Position numbers and translations under genes: made by a program
Notes under the pieces: model-generated
What the model was told of the DNA's origin: nothing
The model's database searches: none
What the model saw: the letters and a program-made list of their open reading frames with translations, nothing else
DNA from: a virus
Taxonomy: Duplodnaviria > Caudoviricetes
DNA length: 52,024 nucleotides
Virus record (IMG/VR): IMGVR_UViG_3300017912_003772
Span: 1 to 52,024 of that record
Strand: one strand, 5' to 3'
Part shown: positions 38,453 through 47,830 of the stretch, one piece after another
How positions within the stretch are numbered: the first letter of the stretch is position 1
How the letters are laid out: every line of letters begins with the position of its first letter

Positions 38453-39484
38453 ATGGCATCAGGAAGTTCAGTTACAATAGACGGCGGAACCAATATGACA
38501 CAGGTTGTCGCGAGTACTGATAATATAGAAGACGGCGATTTCAATAACGCACGAACAAATGTGAATCTTATGATGAGTGGGGCCGCAGATGCTACACTTT
38601 CAGGCGGTAGTAGTTTTACATATAATACAGCATACGGTTACGGACAAGGCGGAGTAGGTGTAAACGCCGCAAGTGCTGGCAGTTTAGTTAGAGCCGACCA
38701 TGCAGACGGCGGATTTAAAAGATTACAAGATGATGTACAGGCTCTCTGTGCATTTTTAGGACAAACAGTAAGAACAGGTGTAGGCACTGATGTAAGTGCA
38801 GGAGACAGTATCACTGCAGAAACATGGAATAATACCATGCTAAACATCAAAGATTGCTGGGATAATAGATTTACACCAGCATCTACAACTTCTTCAACAG
38901 ATTCAAGTAAGACTTATACCAGTTCATGGAATACAAGTCTAACACAAGAAACTACCTTTACTTTCTCTAACGAAGGAGACTGCAGAAGATTTTTTAACGC
39001 AGGTGGCGGAATAGGATTTAGTTCTTCCAGATCTGGAGGTAGTTCAACTACGCAAAATACAAACTGGACCAATACTTTAAGTGCAATGGGCGATGCTTTG
39101 GTAATTTACAATACAGGTATTGGTAGTTCAGGATCTGCTTCAGGTATCGGATTTTATGAATTAGCAACAACTTACCAAGATGTATTTACAAAGTTTGGCT
39201 CAGGTGCTTATGCTTCTAATTTCTTTAAACTTCAAGCAAAAGTAAATTCAACATCAAACCCAACAGTAATTACATGTAAAGCAACATGGTCAGACCCACA
39301 CGCGGAAGGTGCCGGTGCATTGGGACCTGATGGTATTGCAAGTACAGGTGATGAAGGATTTGGTAACGATTTTATTGATGGAACAATGACATTGAATTCA
39401 AGATTAAAATCACCAGACGCATCAGGCTCTGGTTTTACATTTCCAACTATTACAGTATCAATGGGTAACATAACAGGATCATAA
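38453..39484 (+). CDS. Ser/Thr/Gly-rich virion structural protein (fibre or appendage-like)
   Basis: Strong Shine-Dalgarno; S/T/G-rich; YGYGQ and RRFFNAGG motifs; last gene before a terminator. Confidence 0.6.
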   Translation: MASGSSVTIDGGTNMTQVVASTDNIEDGDFNNARTNVNLMMSGAADATLSGGSSFTYNTAYGYGQGGVGVNAASAGSLVRADHADGGFKRLQDDVQALCAFLGQTVRTGVGTDVSAGDSITAETWNNTMLNIKDCWDNRFTPASTTSSTDSSKTYTSSWNTSLTQETTFTFSNEGDCRRFFNAGGGIGFSSSRSGGSSTTQNTNWTNTLSAMGDALVIYNTGIGSSGSASGIGFYELATTYQDVFTKFGSGAYASNFFKLQAKVNSTSNPTVITCKATWSDPHAEGAGALGPDGIASTGDEGFGNDFIDGTMTLNSRLKSPDASGSGFTFPTITVSMGNITGS

Positions 39485-39503
39485 AAAATCTTGTCTCGAG
39501 ATT

Positions 39504-39535
39504 AAAAGCCAGTTCGCAGTAACTGGCTTTTTTTT
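39504..39535 (+). terminator. Intrinsic terminator ending the structural module
   Basis: AAAAGCCAGTT-cgcagt-AACTGGCTTTT inverted repeat running into T8. Confidence 0.9.
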
Positions 39536-39539
39536 GGCC

Positions 39540-39547
39540 TATAAATA
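39540..39547 (+). promoter_or_regulatory. T4 late promoter TATAAATA
   Basis: Exact T4 late consensus directly after the terminator; ATG 39553 after 5 nt. Confidence 0.8.
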
Positions 39548-39552
39548 GTAGT

Positions 39553-39912
39553 ATGAGTACACGTTTGACAAAAGCACTCGAGTTTGCTAATTATCGTACA
39601 ACATTAAACAACCAAAAAGCACAACTCAAAGCAAAGACACAAAGTTTATTAAGTTACAGCATTAATGGTGGTTCATTTACCATTGATATTCCATTACTAA
39701 CATTTTGTAAACAACTAATTGATGAAGGTCACGAAGAAGTTGTGCTACTTGATATCTATGAAAATCCAATTAAAGTAGATATAGAAAATTTTTACGATGA
39801 AATAAGCAGTAGATATTTTGAAGTTACAAACGAGTACTACGCAGAATATGAAAAAATTCGTAAAGCAAGAAAAGTACATAAAATTTTAGACCTAAATGAA
39901 AAAGGAAAATAA
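39553..39912 (+). CDS. Hypothetical helical protein, possibly a fibre-assembly chaperone
   Basis: 119-aa ORF under a late promoter; only weak resemblance to DUF4376-type proteins. Confidence 0.6.
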   Translation: MSTRLTKALEFANYRTTLNNQKAQLKAKTQSLLSYSINGGSFTIDIPLLTFCKQLIDEGHEEVVLLDIYENPIKVDIENFYDEISSRYFEVTNEYYAEYEKIRKARKVHKILDLNEKGK

Positions 39913-40792
39913 CAAAGGCTTCTTAATGTTTGCTCACAACAATAGTGAGATAGACTATTTTCGTCTGGCTGTAGTAAATGCATTATTAATACAAAAAAAC
40001 ACAGGTGTAAAAAACATTACAGTAGTTACTGATCCCCACAGTTTAAAGCAAGGTGAAAAAACATTAGGCAAAAGATTTATAAAAAAAGCAATAAACAATT
40101 TGATTGTTGTTGAAAAAGATAAAGACTTCAAAGAAAAAAATTTAAGGCTTTATAAAGACACAAGTCATACAGCAAAGCATTTACCTTTTTATAATGTAAA
40201 CAGGTGTGATGCATATGAATTATCCCCATATGAAGAAACTATTTTAGTAGATGTTGACTATTTGATTTTGAGCGACACACTAAATCATTGTTGGGGGCAT
40301 AATAACGAATTAATGATGAATTGGAAATACCAAGATATCATGTATGAAAGAAAAGACCCTACTTTATCAAGATTACATGATATGGGTGTAACGATGTATT
40401 GGGCAACTGTGGTTTATTTCCGCAAAACAGAATATGTAGAAAGTTTCTTTAATCTTGTCAAACATGTAAGAAACAACCCACAATACTACAGAGATTTATA
40501 TAAGTGGCAAGGTACTCTATACAGAAACGATTACAGTTTCTCTATTGCCGCTCATATGATGTCTGGTTTTGTAGATAAAGGTATTCCGCAGTTGCCCACT
40601 ACTCTTTACAAAAGTTTTGACACTGATGATGTGCATAGTGCAGTAGATAATAATACTATAATTATGTATTTAGAAAAACCAAGAGCGCCTGGGGATTTTA
40701 TGCTTACAAAATGGCAAAAAGTTGATTTACATGTAATGAATAAATGGGCAATAAATAGAATAAGTGATAAGATGTTAGACTATGTCAAATAG
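39896..40792 (+). CDS. GT-A fold glycosyltransferase-like protein (GT8/GT71-like)
   Basis: YELSPYEETILVDVDY contains a DxD motif in the usual context; RNDYSFSIA; paralogous to 43726-44598. Confidence 0.7.
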   Translation: MKKENNKGFLMFAHNNSEIDYFRLAVVNALLIQKNTGVKNITVVTDPHSLKQGEKTLGKRFIKKAINNLIVVEKDKDFKEKNLRLYKDTSHTAKHLPFYNVNRCDAYELSPYEETILVDVDYLILSDTLNHCWGHNNELMMNWKYQDIMYERKDPTLSRLHDMGVTMYWATVVYFRKTEYVESFFNLVKHVRNNPQYYRDLYKWQGTLYRNDYSFSIAAHMMSGFVDKGIPQLPTTLYKSFDTDDVHSAVDNNTIIMYLEKPRAPGDFMLTKWQKVDLHVMNKWAINRISDKMLDYVK

Positions 40793-41786
40793 TAGATGGA
40801 AATTAATCACACTAAGTGATGCATTAGCACACCCAAAATTTAATGGCTTTGGCCCTGAGTTTGTTGCAATGAAAAATATGGTAGAAGTATTTTTTGAAAA
40901 CTTAGATATAAAATTAGATATTGTGCAGGATAGCAATAACGTTTGGAACGTGTTAGATAAAGACGAAACTAAAACAGAAATTTATAATTTTGCTAAAACA
41001 CAATGGCTTATAAACGATATTAAATTGCACGGATGCGGTTTTTTGCCACAAGCATTTACTGTGTATAGCCAAAGAGAAGATGATTTTACTATAAATGCAC
41101 ACCCTGGCACTTTTAGATATTATGCAATAGTTTTTAACAAAATATACGATCAAAATATTTTAATTTTTGATACTCATGATTTTTTTAATGCTCCTGTTTT
41201 AAATGATCAAGAAGTAAAAAATGTTGTATCACAGGGTTTTATAAGAGAAAGACGGGTAATGGTTGAGGAAGTTGTACAAGATCGTGTTATAAATGAAAAC
41301 TATATTGAACATCACGAACAAAGCAATCAACATGATTACATTATTATAAAAACTTATTACGATCTTTATAAATTATATACTGCAGGAGTTACATTATATA
41401 TAAATCATAATATCGATACAACTGTGTGTAAATATTTTAAAGATAAATTTGGCTTTAATGTAAAAAAATTACCTAATCTGCCTAACGCACAATTTTACAT
41501 TCCATCATTTAATGAATTTAAAGGTGTTGGTATTTACTTAAACTACACATCATCTGAAGAAATAGAAAAAATGTTTACGTTAGATTTGTTATATAACTTA
41601 GACTTCATAGACGATGTGTGTTATACTGAAGACAGAAAAATTTTAATTTTTAATTGTGGCTCTTATGGTTCTAATAGACTGTCAGATCTTTTAGTAAAAG
41701 AATCTAAAGACGAATATTTAAAGAAATTTTTATGGGCAAAAAAATCTAAACAAATATGTGTAAGTGAGTATAGCAATGAAGTATAG
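40782..41786 (+). CDS. Hypothetical protein
   Basis: 334-aa ORF overlapping both neighbours; very AT-rich; HPGTFR faintly recalls ParB/Srx-type motifs but is not assignable. Confidence 0.7.
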   Translation: MSNSRWKLITLSDALAHPKFNGFGPEFVAMKNMVEVFFENLDIKLDIVQDSNNVWNVLDKDETKTEIYNFAKTQWLINDIKLHGCGFLPQAFTVYSQREDDFTINAHPGTFRYYAIVFNKIYDQNILIFDTHDFFNAPVLNDQEVKNVVSQGFIRERRVMVEEVVQDRVINENYIEHHEQSNQHDYIIIKTYYDLYKLYTAGVTLYINHNIDTTVCKYFKDKFGFNVKKLPNLPNAQFYIPSFNEFKGVGIYLNYTSSEEIEKMFTLDLLYNLDFIDDVCYTEDRKILIFNCGSYGSNRLSDLLVKESKDEYLKKFLWAKKSKQICVSEYSNEV

Positions 41787-42366
41787 ATCACACGCATTTC
41801 CTTGGCATCATTATACATTTGAAAATTTTTTTGAGAGCAAAGATTTTGAAATTTTGAAAAGTTTAGATAATAACAATGCTGACTACAGCGAAATTACAGG
41901 TTTTAGAGATGTTATAAAAGACAGAATGTTTTTGAATAACAATTTAGTAGAAAAGGATGATAAATTTTTACCATTAGCAAAGTGGCTTGATAGAAAAGAT
42001 TATTTTCAAGAATGTTTTAAAACAGATCTAAGCAATACTTATGTGAGGGCAGAAATAATACATGATAGGTACCCATTCTTTCATGACGTACATGTAGATT
42101 TACCCTGCAAAAATTTAACTATAATTTTAAACATAGACAAAGAAGACGAAAAAAATTTAGCAACAGATTTGTATCATTCAAAAGATACACATGCAAAAAA
42201 ATTAGATTGGGTGCCAAATGGCGGAGTTGCTTTTAAAATTGAAAATAATAGATGGCACGGATTTGCGCCTACCGAATATAATGGTATAAGAAAAATCATG
42301 ATTGTTAATTATGTAGATTTAGATGAATGGAGAGACAAGGACCAATTGTTTATAGATAATGCGTAA
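41776..42366 (+). CDS. 2OG-Fe(II) oxygenase-like protein
   Basis: HVD (HxD), distal WHG and RKIMIVNY 2-oxoglutarate-binding Arg pattern; ATG 41776 preferred over GTG 41764. Confidence 0.75.
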   Translation: MKYRSHAFPWHHYTFENFFESKDFEILKSLDNNNADYSEITGFRDVIKDRMFLNNNLVEKDDKFLPLAKWLDRKDYFQECFKTDLSNTYVRAEIIHDRYPFFHDVHVDLPCKNLTIILNIDKEDEKNLATDLYHSKDTHAKKLDWVPNGGVAFKIENNRWHGFAPTEYNGIRKIMIVNYVDLDEWRDKDQLFIDNA

Positions 42367-42541
42367 ACGTAAACACCCAGAGATAGGCGATAGAATAGAA
42401 CATACCTGTCGACTAAACGGAAAGTTTGAAGGCAAAGTGATAGAACTTTTAGGTATGCAGTTTGTATATAAAACTGACGACGGGCACGAAAGATTTTGTC
42501 TTTTTAAAGAAGACTGGAAACACGTTGAGGAGAAATTATGA
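42359..42541 (+). CDS. Small beta-barrel (SH3-like) hypothetical protein
   Basis: 60 aa with pattern IGDRIEH...EGKVIELL...FVY; overlaps both neighbours as in a coupled operon. Confidence 0.65.
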   Translation: MRKRKHPEIGDRIEHTCRLNGKFEGKVIELLGMQFVYKTDDGHERFCLFKEDWKHVEEKL

Positions 42542-42705
42542 AACAACGAGCAGAAAGAATGATGAAGTCAGCAAGAGCAAGAAAAAGAAGATCTCTTGTT
42601 AAAGATTTAAAAAGAAATATTAAAAAACGTTACTATGCACAAATGCGACATCTCAGAGAAAAGTATAAAAAAATAGAAGCAAGACACCATGACAAAGAAT
42701 TATAA
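42538..42705 (+). CDS. Very basic 55-aa protein (not in the ORF track)
   Basis: GAGGAG Shine-Dalgarno, ATGA overlap with the upstream stop; translates to MKQRAERMMKSARARKRRSLVKDLKRNIKKRYYAQMRHLREKYKKIEARHHDKEL and fills the gap exactly. Confidence 0.75.
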   Translation: MKQRAERMMKSARARKRRSLVKDLKRNIKKRYYAQMRHLREKYKKIEARHHDKEL

Positions 42706-43435
42706 TATTGCTATCTTAGGTGACAGTTGGGCCTGGGGAGAATGGAGTTGGGTAGGTGATAAAAATTTTCCTACACATTCTGGCACCCAGCACTACTTAC
42801 ACCTTGAGTATCCCGAGAGCAAAATAGTAAATTTTGCAATTCAAGGTGGCAGTAACTTATACCAAATAGATTATATTTACGAACATGTGGGTTTAGAAAA
42901 TTTTAAAAAAACCTTTGATTATGCAGTTGTTTTTTGGACTGATCCTGGCAGAGATGTTTTAAATCATATATTAAAAAATAAAGACGGAAATTTTTCTAAT
43001 ATGACTAAATCACAATACCAACTTCTTTGTGATAATTCATCAGAAAGATCTCTAAAACAATTAAATAATTTAGGTGTACCTGTGTTGCTTATTGGCGGAC
43101 ATGTTAGTTTACCAGATAAAAAATATAGGAATAAATTTAAAAATATAACATTTTTAATAGATAGAGTATGTAATCTCATTGATAAACCATTTTTAGATAA
43201 TAAGAAGCAAATTGAATTAGAGGGAAAGTTAAATAATACAGTAGATTGGTTACAAGTAGATAGAACCGGTTTGTTAACTTCTAAATTTTTAGATGAAATT
43301 AAAGATGATATGAATGAATTACTACAACCATTGAATACAATCTATTTTCCAGATAGTGGACATGCTGGTAGAAATTTGCATAAAATGATAACCTATGCAA
43401 TTATAAATGAAATAGAATCAAATCAAAAGGAGTAA
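42689..43435 (+). CDS. SGNH/GDSL-like hydrolase or acyltransferase
   Basis: Block I ILGDSWAWG, block II NFAIQGGSN, block V DSGH. Confidence 0.7.
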   Translation: MTKNYNIAILGDSWAWGEWSWVGDKNFPTHSGTQHYLHLEYPESKIVNFAIQGGSNLYQIDYIYEHVGLENFKKTFDYAVVFWTDPGRDVLNHILKNKDGNFSNMTKSQYQLLCDNSSERSLKQLNNLGVPVLLIGGHVSLPDKKYRNKFKNITFLIDRVCNLIDKPFLDNKKQIELEGKLNNTVDWLQVDRTGLLTSKFLDEIKDDMNELLQPLNTIYFPDSGHAGRNLHKMITYAIINEIESNQKE

Positions 43436-43438
43436 AAA

Positions 43439-43729
43439 ATGGAATACGGTGGTGAAGGAAATTGTCCAGAAGAATTTGAAATCTGCTTAGACACAGAATC
43501 ATACGATGAACTTATCGTTATGATGGAAGATGCTGGTGTTGATATGACTGGCGAATTAGATCTACAACCGTTAGGTGATGCTGAAGCAGTTGCAAATTTT
43601 ACATGGGAAATACTATTCCTCAGTCCGTGGGAATTGGCCTACATAGCATTACCAATGAGTGTGTTGGCATTTTACGGATTAAGTATTTACGCAATGTTTA
43701 AATGGATACAAAGAAGATTTAGTAAATGA
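43439..43729 (+). CDS. Small acidic membrane protein
   Basis: AAGGAG Shine-Dalgarno; acidic N-terminus with Cx6C; hydrophobic stretch LAYIALPMSVLAFYGLSIYAMF; basic tail. Confidence 0.7.
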   Translation: MEYGGEGNCPEEFEICLDTESYDELIVMMEDAGVDMTGELDLQPLGDAEAVANFTWEILFLSPWELAYIALPMSVLAFYGLSIYAMFKWIQRRFSK

Positions 43730-44598
43730 GTAGAGGTTATATAGTTATAGCACAAAATAACGGTACTGTTGATTATTTAGAGCAGGCCTATGCTCTGGCA
43801 CTCAATTTAAAGTTAACACAGACGACTGTAAGCAATCTAACAGTATGTGTTGATGCTGAAACTAAAGAGTTAATTAAGAGTAAACACAAAAAAGTATTTG
43901 ATTATATTGTTGATATACCATGGAATGATGATGCAGAAAAAGAAGACTGGAAAATCAATAACAAATGGAAATATTATTACATGACTCCATATGATGAGAC
44001 AGTAATTTTAGATACTGACATGATTTTTCCTACAGATGTAAGTTATTGGTGGGACATAATGGCAGAAAGAGATGTTTGGGCCACAACAAAAGTCAGGACA
44101 TATCGAGGAGAAGTAGTAAGTAGCAATTTTTACAGAAAATATTTTGTTGCAAACAATTTACCTAACGTTTATACTGCATTTTTTTACTTTAAAAAGTCAG
44201 AACTTGCAAGTGAACTGTTTGCAATGACTGAAATTATATTTCAGCATTGGCAAAGAATGTTTTACAAGTATATGCCACAAGGAAAACCCGATTGGCTTAG
44301 TGGCGATGTTGCATTTGCACTTGCTATGCAACTATTAGGCATAGAAAATCAGTGTACCAAGGAAAATATAGACGCAGTACCTACATTTGTTCACATGAAA
44401 AGCCATATACAAAATATACCAGACACAAAAATTAGCGAAACATGGACAGATACACTACCAACTTACTATAACAACTACAAAGATTTTAAAATAGGCAATT
44501 TTCAGCAACTCTTTCCTTTTCATTATGTAGAAAAAGATTGGATAAGTAAAGATATGCTCAAAGAAATGGAAAAAGATTTTAATTATGGCATTAAGTGA
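43726..44598 (+). CDS. GT-A fold glycosyltransferase-like protein (GT8/GT71-like)
   Basis: YYMTPYDETVILDTDM (DxD), SGDVAFALA, FVHMK and FHY motifs; paralog of 39896-40792. Confidence 0.72.
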   Translation: MSRGYIVIAQNNGTVDYLEQAYALALNLKLTQTTVSNLTVCVDAETKELIKSKHKKVFDYIVDIPWNDDAEKEDWKINNKWKYYYMTPYDETVILDTDMIFPTDVSYWWDIMAERDVWATTKVRTYRGEVVSSNFYRKYFVANNLPNVYTAFFYFKKSELASELFAMTEIIFQHWQRMFYKYMPQGKPDWLSGDVAFALAMQLLGIENQCTKENIDAVPTFVHMKSHIQNIPDTKISETWTDTLPTYYNNYKDFKIGNFQQLFPFHYVEKDWISKDMLKEMEKDFNYGIK

Positions 44599-45235
44599 AG
44601 CAGAAAAACGACGCAGACGTTTTATAAAGGCAAAAAAAGAGGCTGGTGGCTCATTTGGCGACTTGCAAGTTCAAGTACATAACAGGCCATGGTATGTTTA
44701 CTTCTTATCAGACGGGGAAATCGTTGCAGTTTCACCTGAAAAACTCAAAAAGAAGAAAGGCTGGAAAGAACAAACTTTTACAAAAGAGCAAGTTGATATT
44801 TTTAAGGGAAAAAATGTGCAACTATATCGTGTTAGACAAGATCCTAATATAGAAACTGTGTTTAGCATCGAACTCAAACCTATAGAATCTGTATATGTAC
44901 GATCTGAAGACGATTTTGTTACACTCATTGAATACGGTAATAAAAAATCTGACATATCACTAAATATTAAAGACAAAAAATTTACTATTACACTTTCTAA
45001 AAAACAAAAAACAAAATATGCAAAGATAGACTTAGAAGATGCAACTGCAAAAGGCAGTAAAACTCTAAAATTTTACTTTACAAGTTTAAATGATCCTCAC
45101 TTTATGATCTATAGTGTAAATGTTGACTTAAAAGATCTAATATCTAAGGACAATGTAAGCATAATAGTACCTGCTAATCTAAATAAGTGTAGTATTTACA
45201 CTATAAAACTGTTTGATACTTACGTTAGAAATTAG
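44585..45235 (+). CDS. Hypothetical basic protein
   Basis: 216-aa ORF coupled to the upstream glycosyltransferase; no motif recognised. Confidence 0.7.
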   Translation: MALSEAEKRRRRFIKAKKEAGGSFGDLQVQVHNRPWYVYFLSDGEIVAVSPEKLKKKKGWKEQTFTKEQVDIFKGKNVQLYRVRQDPNIETVFSIELKPIESVYVRSEDDFVTLIEYGNKKSDISLNIKDKKFTITLSKKQKTKYAKIDLEDATAKGSKTLKFYFTSLNDPHFMIYSVNVDLKDLISKDNVSIIVPANLNKCSIYTIKLFDTYVRN

Positions 45236-45266
45236 CCTATAGTATATAGACGCATTCATTAAGCCA

Positions 45267-45300
45267 GATAAATATGTGTGTTAAACCAGGACACACATAT
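45267..45300 (+). promoter_or_regulatory. Late promoter GATAAATA overlapping a hairpin that masks the start codon
   Basis: GATAAATA at 45267-45274; perfect 10-bp inverted repeat ATATGTGTGT (45272-45281) / ACACACATAT (45291-45300) covering the AT of ATG 45299; AGGA at 45288-45291. Confidence 0.7.
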
Positions 45301-46297
45301 GGCAAAAATAGATGTTACAGAATTAGATATTTTTTATATTTCATTCGACGAACCCAACTGTGAAGAACATTGGGCAGACCTTTTAAATAAAGTACCGTGG
45401 GCAAAACGTGTACACGGCGTCAAAGGCTTTGATGCCGCTCACAAAGAATGTGCAAAGCAATCCGAAACAGATAGATTCATCACCGTAGATGGTGATAATA
45501 TTGTTATGGATGATTTTTTTGAGCAAGTTCTCGATGTTCCAGAAACTGATCATGATGGAAACGATATTTCTGAAAGTATTTTCAGTTGGAATGCTAAAAA
45601 TATGCTTAACGGATTAGTCTATGGTAATGGCGGATTAAAATGTTGGCCAACTGAATATGTGTTAGACATGAAAACGCATGAAGCCGCTGACGATGGCGAG
45701 GGCATGGAGTTTTGTTGGAAGTTAAATTACATTCAACTTAACGATACATTTAGTGAAGTACACCAAACTGCATCACCATTCCAAGCCTTTAGAGCAGGAT
45801 TTAGAGAAGGCGTAAAAATGAGTTTGGACCAAGGTGCTCGTGTAAGAGCAGACGAATTCAAAGATAAAATTTGGTGGCAAAATTACAACAGATTACAAAC
45901 ATGGTGTAATGTAGGCAGTGATGTTAAAAACGGATTGTGGGCAATTTACGGTGCAAGACTTGGGTGTGAGATGACAGTACTAACAGAATGGGACACTAAC
46001 CAAATTTCTGACTACGAATGGTTTAAAGATTTTTTCAATAACTCTATACTTCCACGTTTTCCAGGAAATGAAATATGCTCATATACTAAAGCATCATGGG
46101 ATAAAGAAATGTTATACATAGCAATACAAGACTTAGGCGAAAAATTAAATGATAGCATAAATGAAATGATGTTGTTCGACCCTAATGAGCAAATGTGCAA
46201 ATTCTTTAAAAAGACTTATGTAAATCCAAGAAGATGGGGAGTAATGATTCGAGAAAAACAAATACAAGAACTTCTCGAAAAAGGATTAATTCAATAA
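45299..46297 (+). CDS. GT-A fold glycosyltransferase-like protein
   Basis: DIFYISFDE, GFDAAH and FITVDGDN (DxD) motifs; start set at ATG 45299 behind AGGA rather than GTG 45278. Confidence 0.65.
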   Translation: MAKIDVTELDIFYISFDEPNCEEHWADLLNKVPWAKRVHGVKGFDAAHKECAKQSETDRFITVDGDNIVMDDFFEQVLDVPETDHDGNDISESIFSWNAKNMLNGLVYGNGGLKCWPTEYVLDMKTHEAADDGEGMEFCWKLNYIQLNDTFSEVHQTASPFQAFRAGFREGVKMSLDQGARVRADEFKDKIWWQNYNRLQTWCNVGSDVKNGLWAIYGARLGCEMTVLTEWDTNQISDYEWFKDFFNNSILPRFPGNEICSYTKASWDKEMLYIAIQDLGEKLNDSINEMMLFDPNEQMCKFFKKTYVNPRRWGVMIREKQIQELLEKGLIQ

Positions 46298-47830
46298 GTG
46301 AGCAATTATGACCAGGCCGCTGACAAGGCCAAAGAGCAATTAGATGCTATAAGTCCTACTATGTGTTATGCAAAATGGACTCAAGTCTCTATGCATTTAA
46401 CAAATGGAATGACACATAGTTGTTATCATCCGCCTACGCATAAAATAGATTTAGAAGAACTTGCTGAAAATCCTACAGCACTACATAATACAAAAGAGAA
46501 AAAAGAACAACGCAAACAGATGTTAGCAGGTGAGCGACCAGAAGGTTGTAGTTACTGCTGGCGTATAGAAGATGTAGGCGGAAGAAGTGACCGTGTTTAT
46601 CGTAGTGGAGAATACTGGGCACAAAATGCCAGAGAAGAAATTAAAAATGCAGGTTGGGACGGAAACATTAATCCAAGATATGTCGAAGTTAACTTTAATC
46701 AAGCCTGTAATTTTAAATGTAGTTATTGTTCACCACATTTAAGTAATACATGGGAAAAAGAAGTAAAAGAACATGGCCCTTATAATATTGCACAGGGCGA
46801 ACATAATAATTTAGACAGTTTAAATCGTGCAGGATTGATGCCACCTAAAATGGCACAAGACGAAAATCCATATCTTACTGCATTTTGGAAATGGTGGCCC
46901 GAGTTATATAAAAACTTAGAAGTTTTTCGTATGACAGGAGGGGAGCCACTCATGGATTCTAATACATTTAAAGTGTTAGACTATGTGTATAAAAATCCAA
47001 ATGCTTGGTTAGAAATGAGTGTAACCTCAAACATGTGTCCACCAAAGCCAAAACTCATGGACATGTTTATCGAATCGCTACAAAGATTAGAGGAGATACA
47101 AATTTGGGAAGATCCAGAAAAGTTTAATCCAAACTCTGGAAACAACTGGTATGTAGCACCAGCATGTAAGAACTTTGCAACTTTTGTAAGTGTAGATGGT
47201 TACGGCAAACAAGCAGAATACATGCGTAACGGTATGGATTTTTCTGTCTTGCAAAAAAATGTTTTAAGAATCTTAAGAGAAACACATAACTCAACTATTA
47301 CTTTTATAAATACGTTTAACTTGCTTAGTCTAACAAGTTTACGCGAGTATTTACAATGGATTTTAGAACTCAGAGAAGAGTTTGCAAAAGACAAACAAGG
47401 TACTAAATTTATACCTGTACCAGATAATGGTGATTACAAACATCCAGATTATGAGATTAGGCCTAAACAACGTATATGGTTTGATATACCGTTGTTAAGA
47501 GCACCATTATGGCAATGCATACAAATTATGCCTGACTACTATCAAAGTTATTTAGAAGAAGCAATAGCATTTATGGAACTTAACCAAGCAGACGAAGAAA
47601 ACATAGATTATAGAGGATTCAAAGATTTTGAAATTGACAAAGTAAGACGTAATTTAGAATGGATGAAAGCAGGTGCTAACATGGATAAAGATGAACTAAC
47701 TACAGCAAGAGCAAATTTTTATAAATTTTTTACTCAACATGATTTAAGAAGAGATACAGATTTTTTAAATGTTTACCCAGAAATGGAAGACTGGTGGAAC
47801 ATTTGTAAAGAAGCAGAGGCAATGATATGA
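46298..47830 (+). CDS. Radical SAM protein with an N-terminal SPASM/twitch-like domain
   Basis: CNFKCSYC (CxxxCxxC) and TGGEPL; N-terminal CYAKW...SCYHPP...CSYCW cysteine set; GTG start directly after the upstream TAA. Confidence 0.9.
   Translation: MSNYDQAADKAKEQLDAISPTMCYAKWTQVSMHLTNGMTHSCYHPPTHKIDLEELAENPTALHNTKEKKEQRKQMLAGERPEGCSYCWRIEDVGGRSDRVYRSGEYWAQNAREEIKNAGWDGNINPRYVEVNFNQACNFKCSYCSPHLSNTWEKEVKEHGPYNIAQGEHNNLDSLNRAGLMPPKMAQDENPYLTAFWKWWPELYKNLEVFRMTGGEPLMDSNTFKVLDYVYKNPNAWLEMSVTSNMCPPKPKLMDMFIESLQRLEEIQIWEDPEKFNPNSGNNWYVAPACKNFATFVSVDGYGKQAEYMRNGMDFSVLQKNVLRILRETHNSTITFINTFNLLSLTSLREYLQWILELREEFAKDKQGTKFIPVPDNGDYKHPDYEIRPKQRIWFDIPLLRAPLWQCIQIMPDYYQSYLEEAIAFMELNQADEENIDYRGFKDFEIDKVRRNLEWMKAGANMDKDELTTARANFYKFFTQHDLRRDTDFLNVYPEMEDWWNICKEAEAMI

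Noticed and set aside
42538-42705. Phage-encoded ribosomal protein bS21
   Set aside because: Basic and similar in size, but it lacks the N-terminal beta-strand, the ALRxFK-like segment and the (Y/F)xKPS motif.
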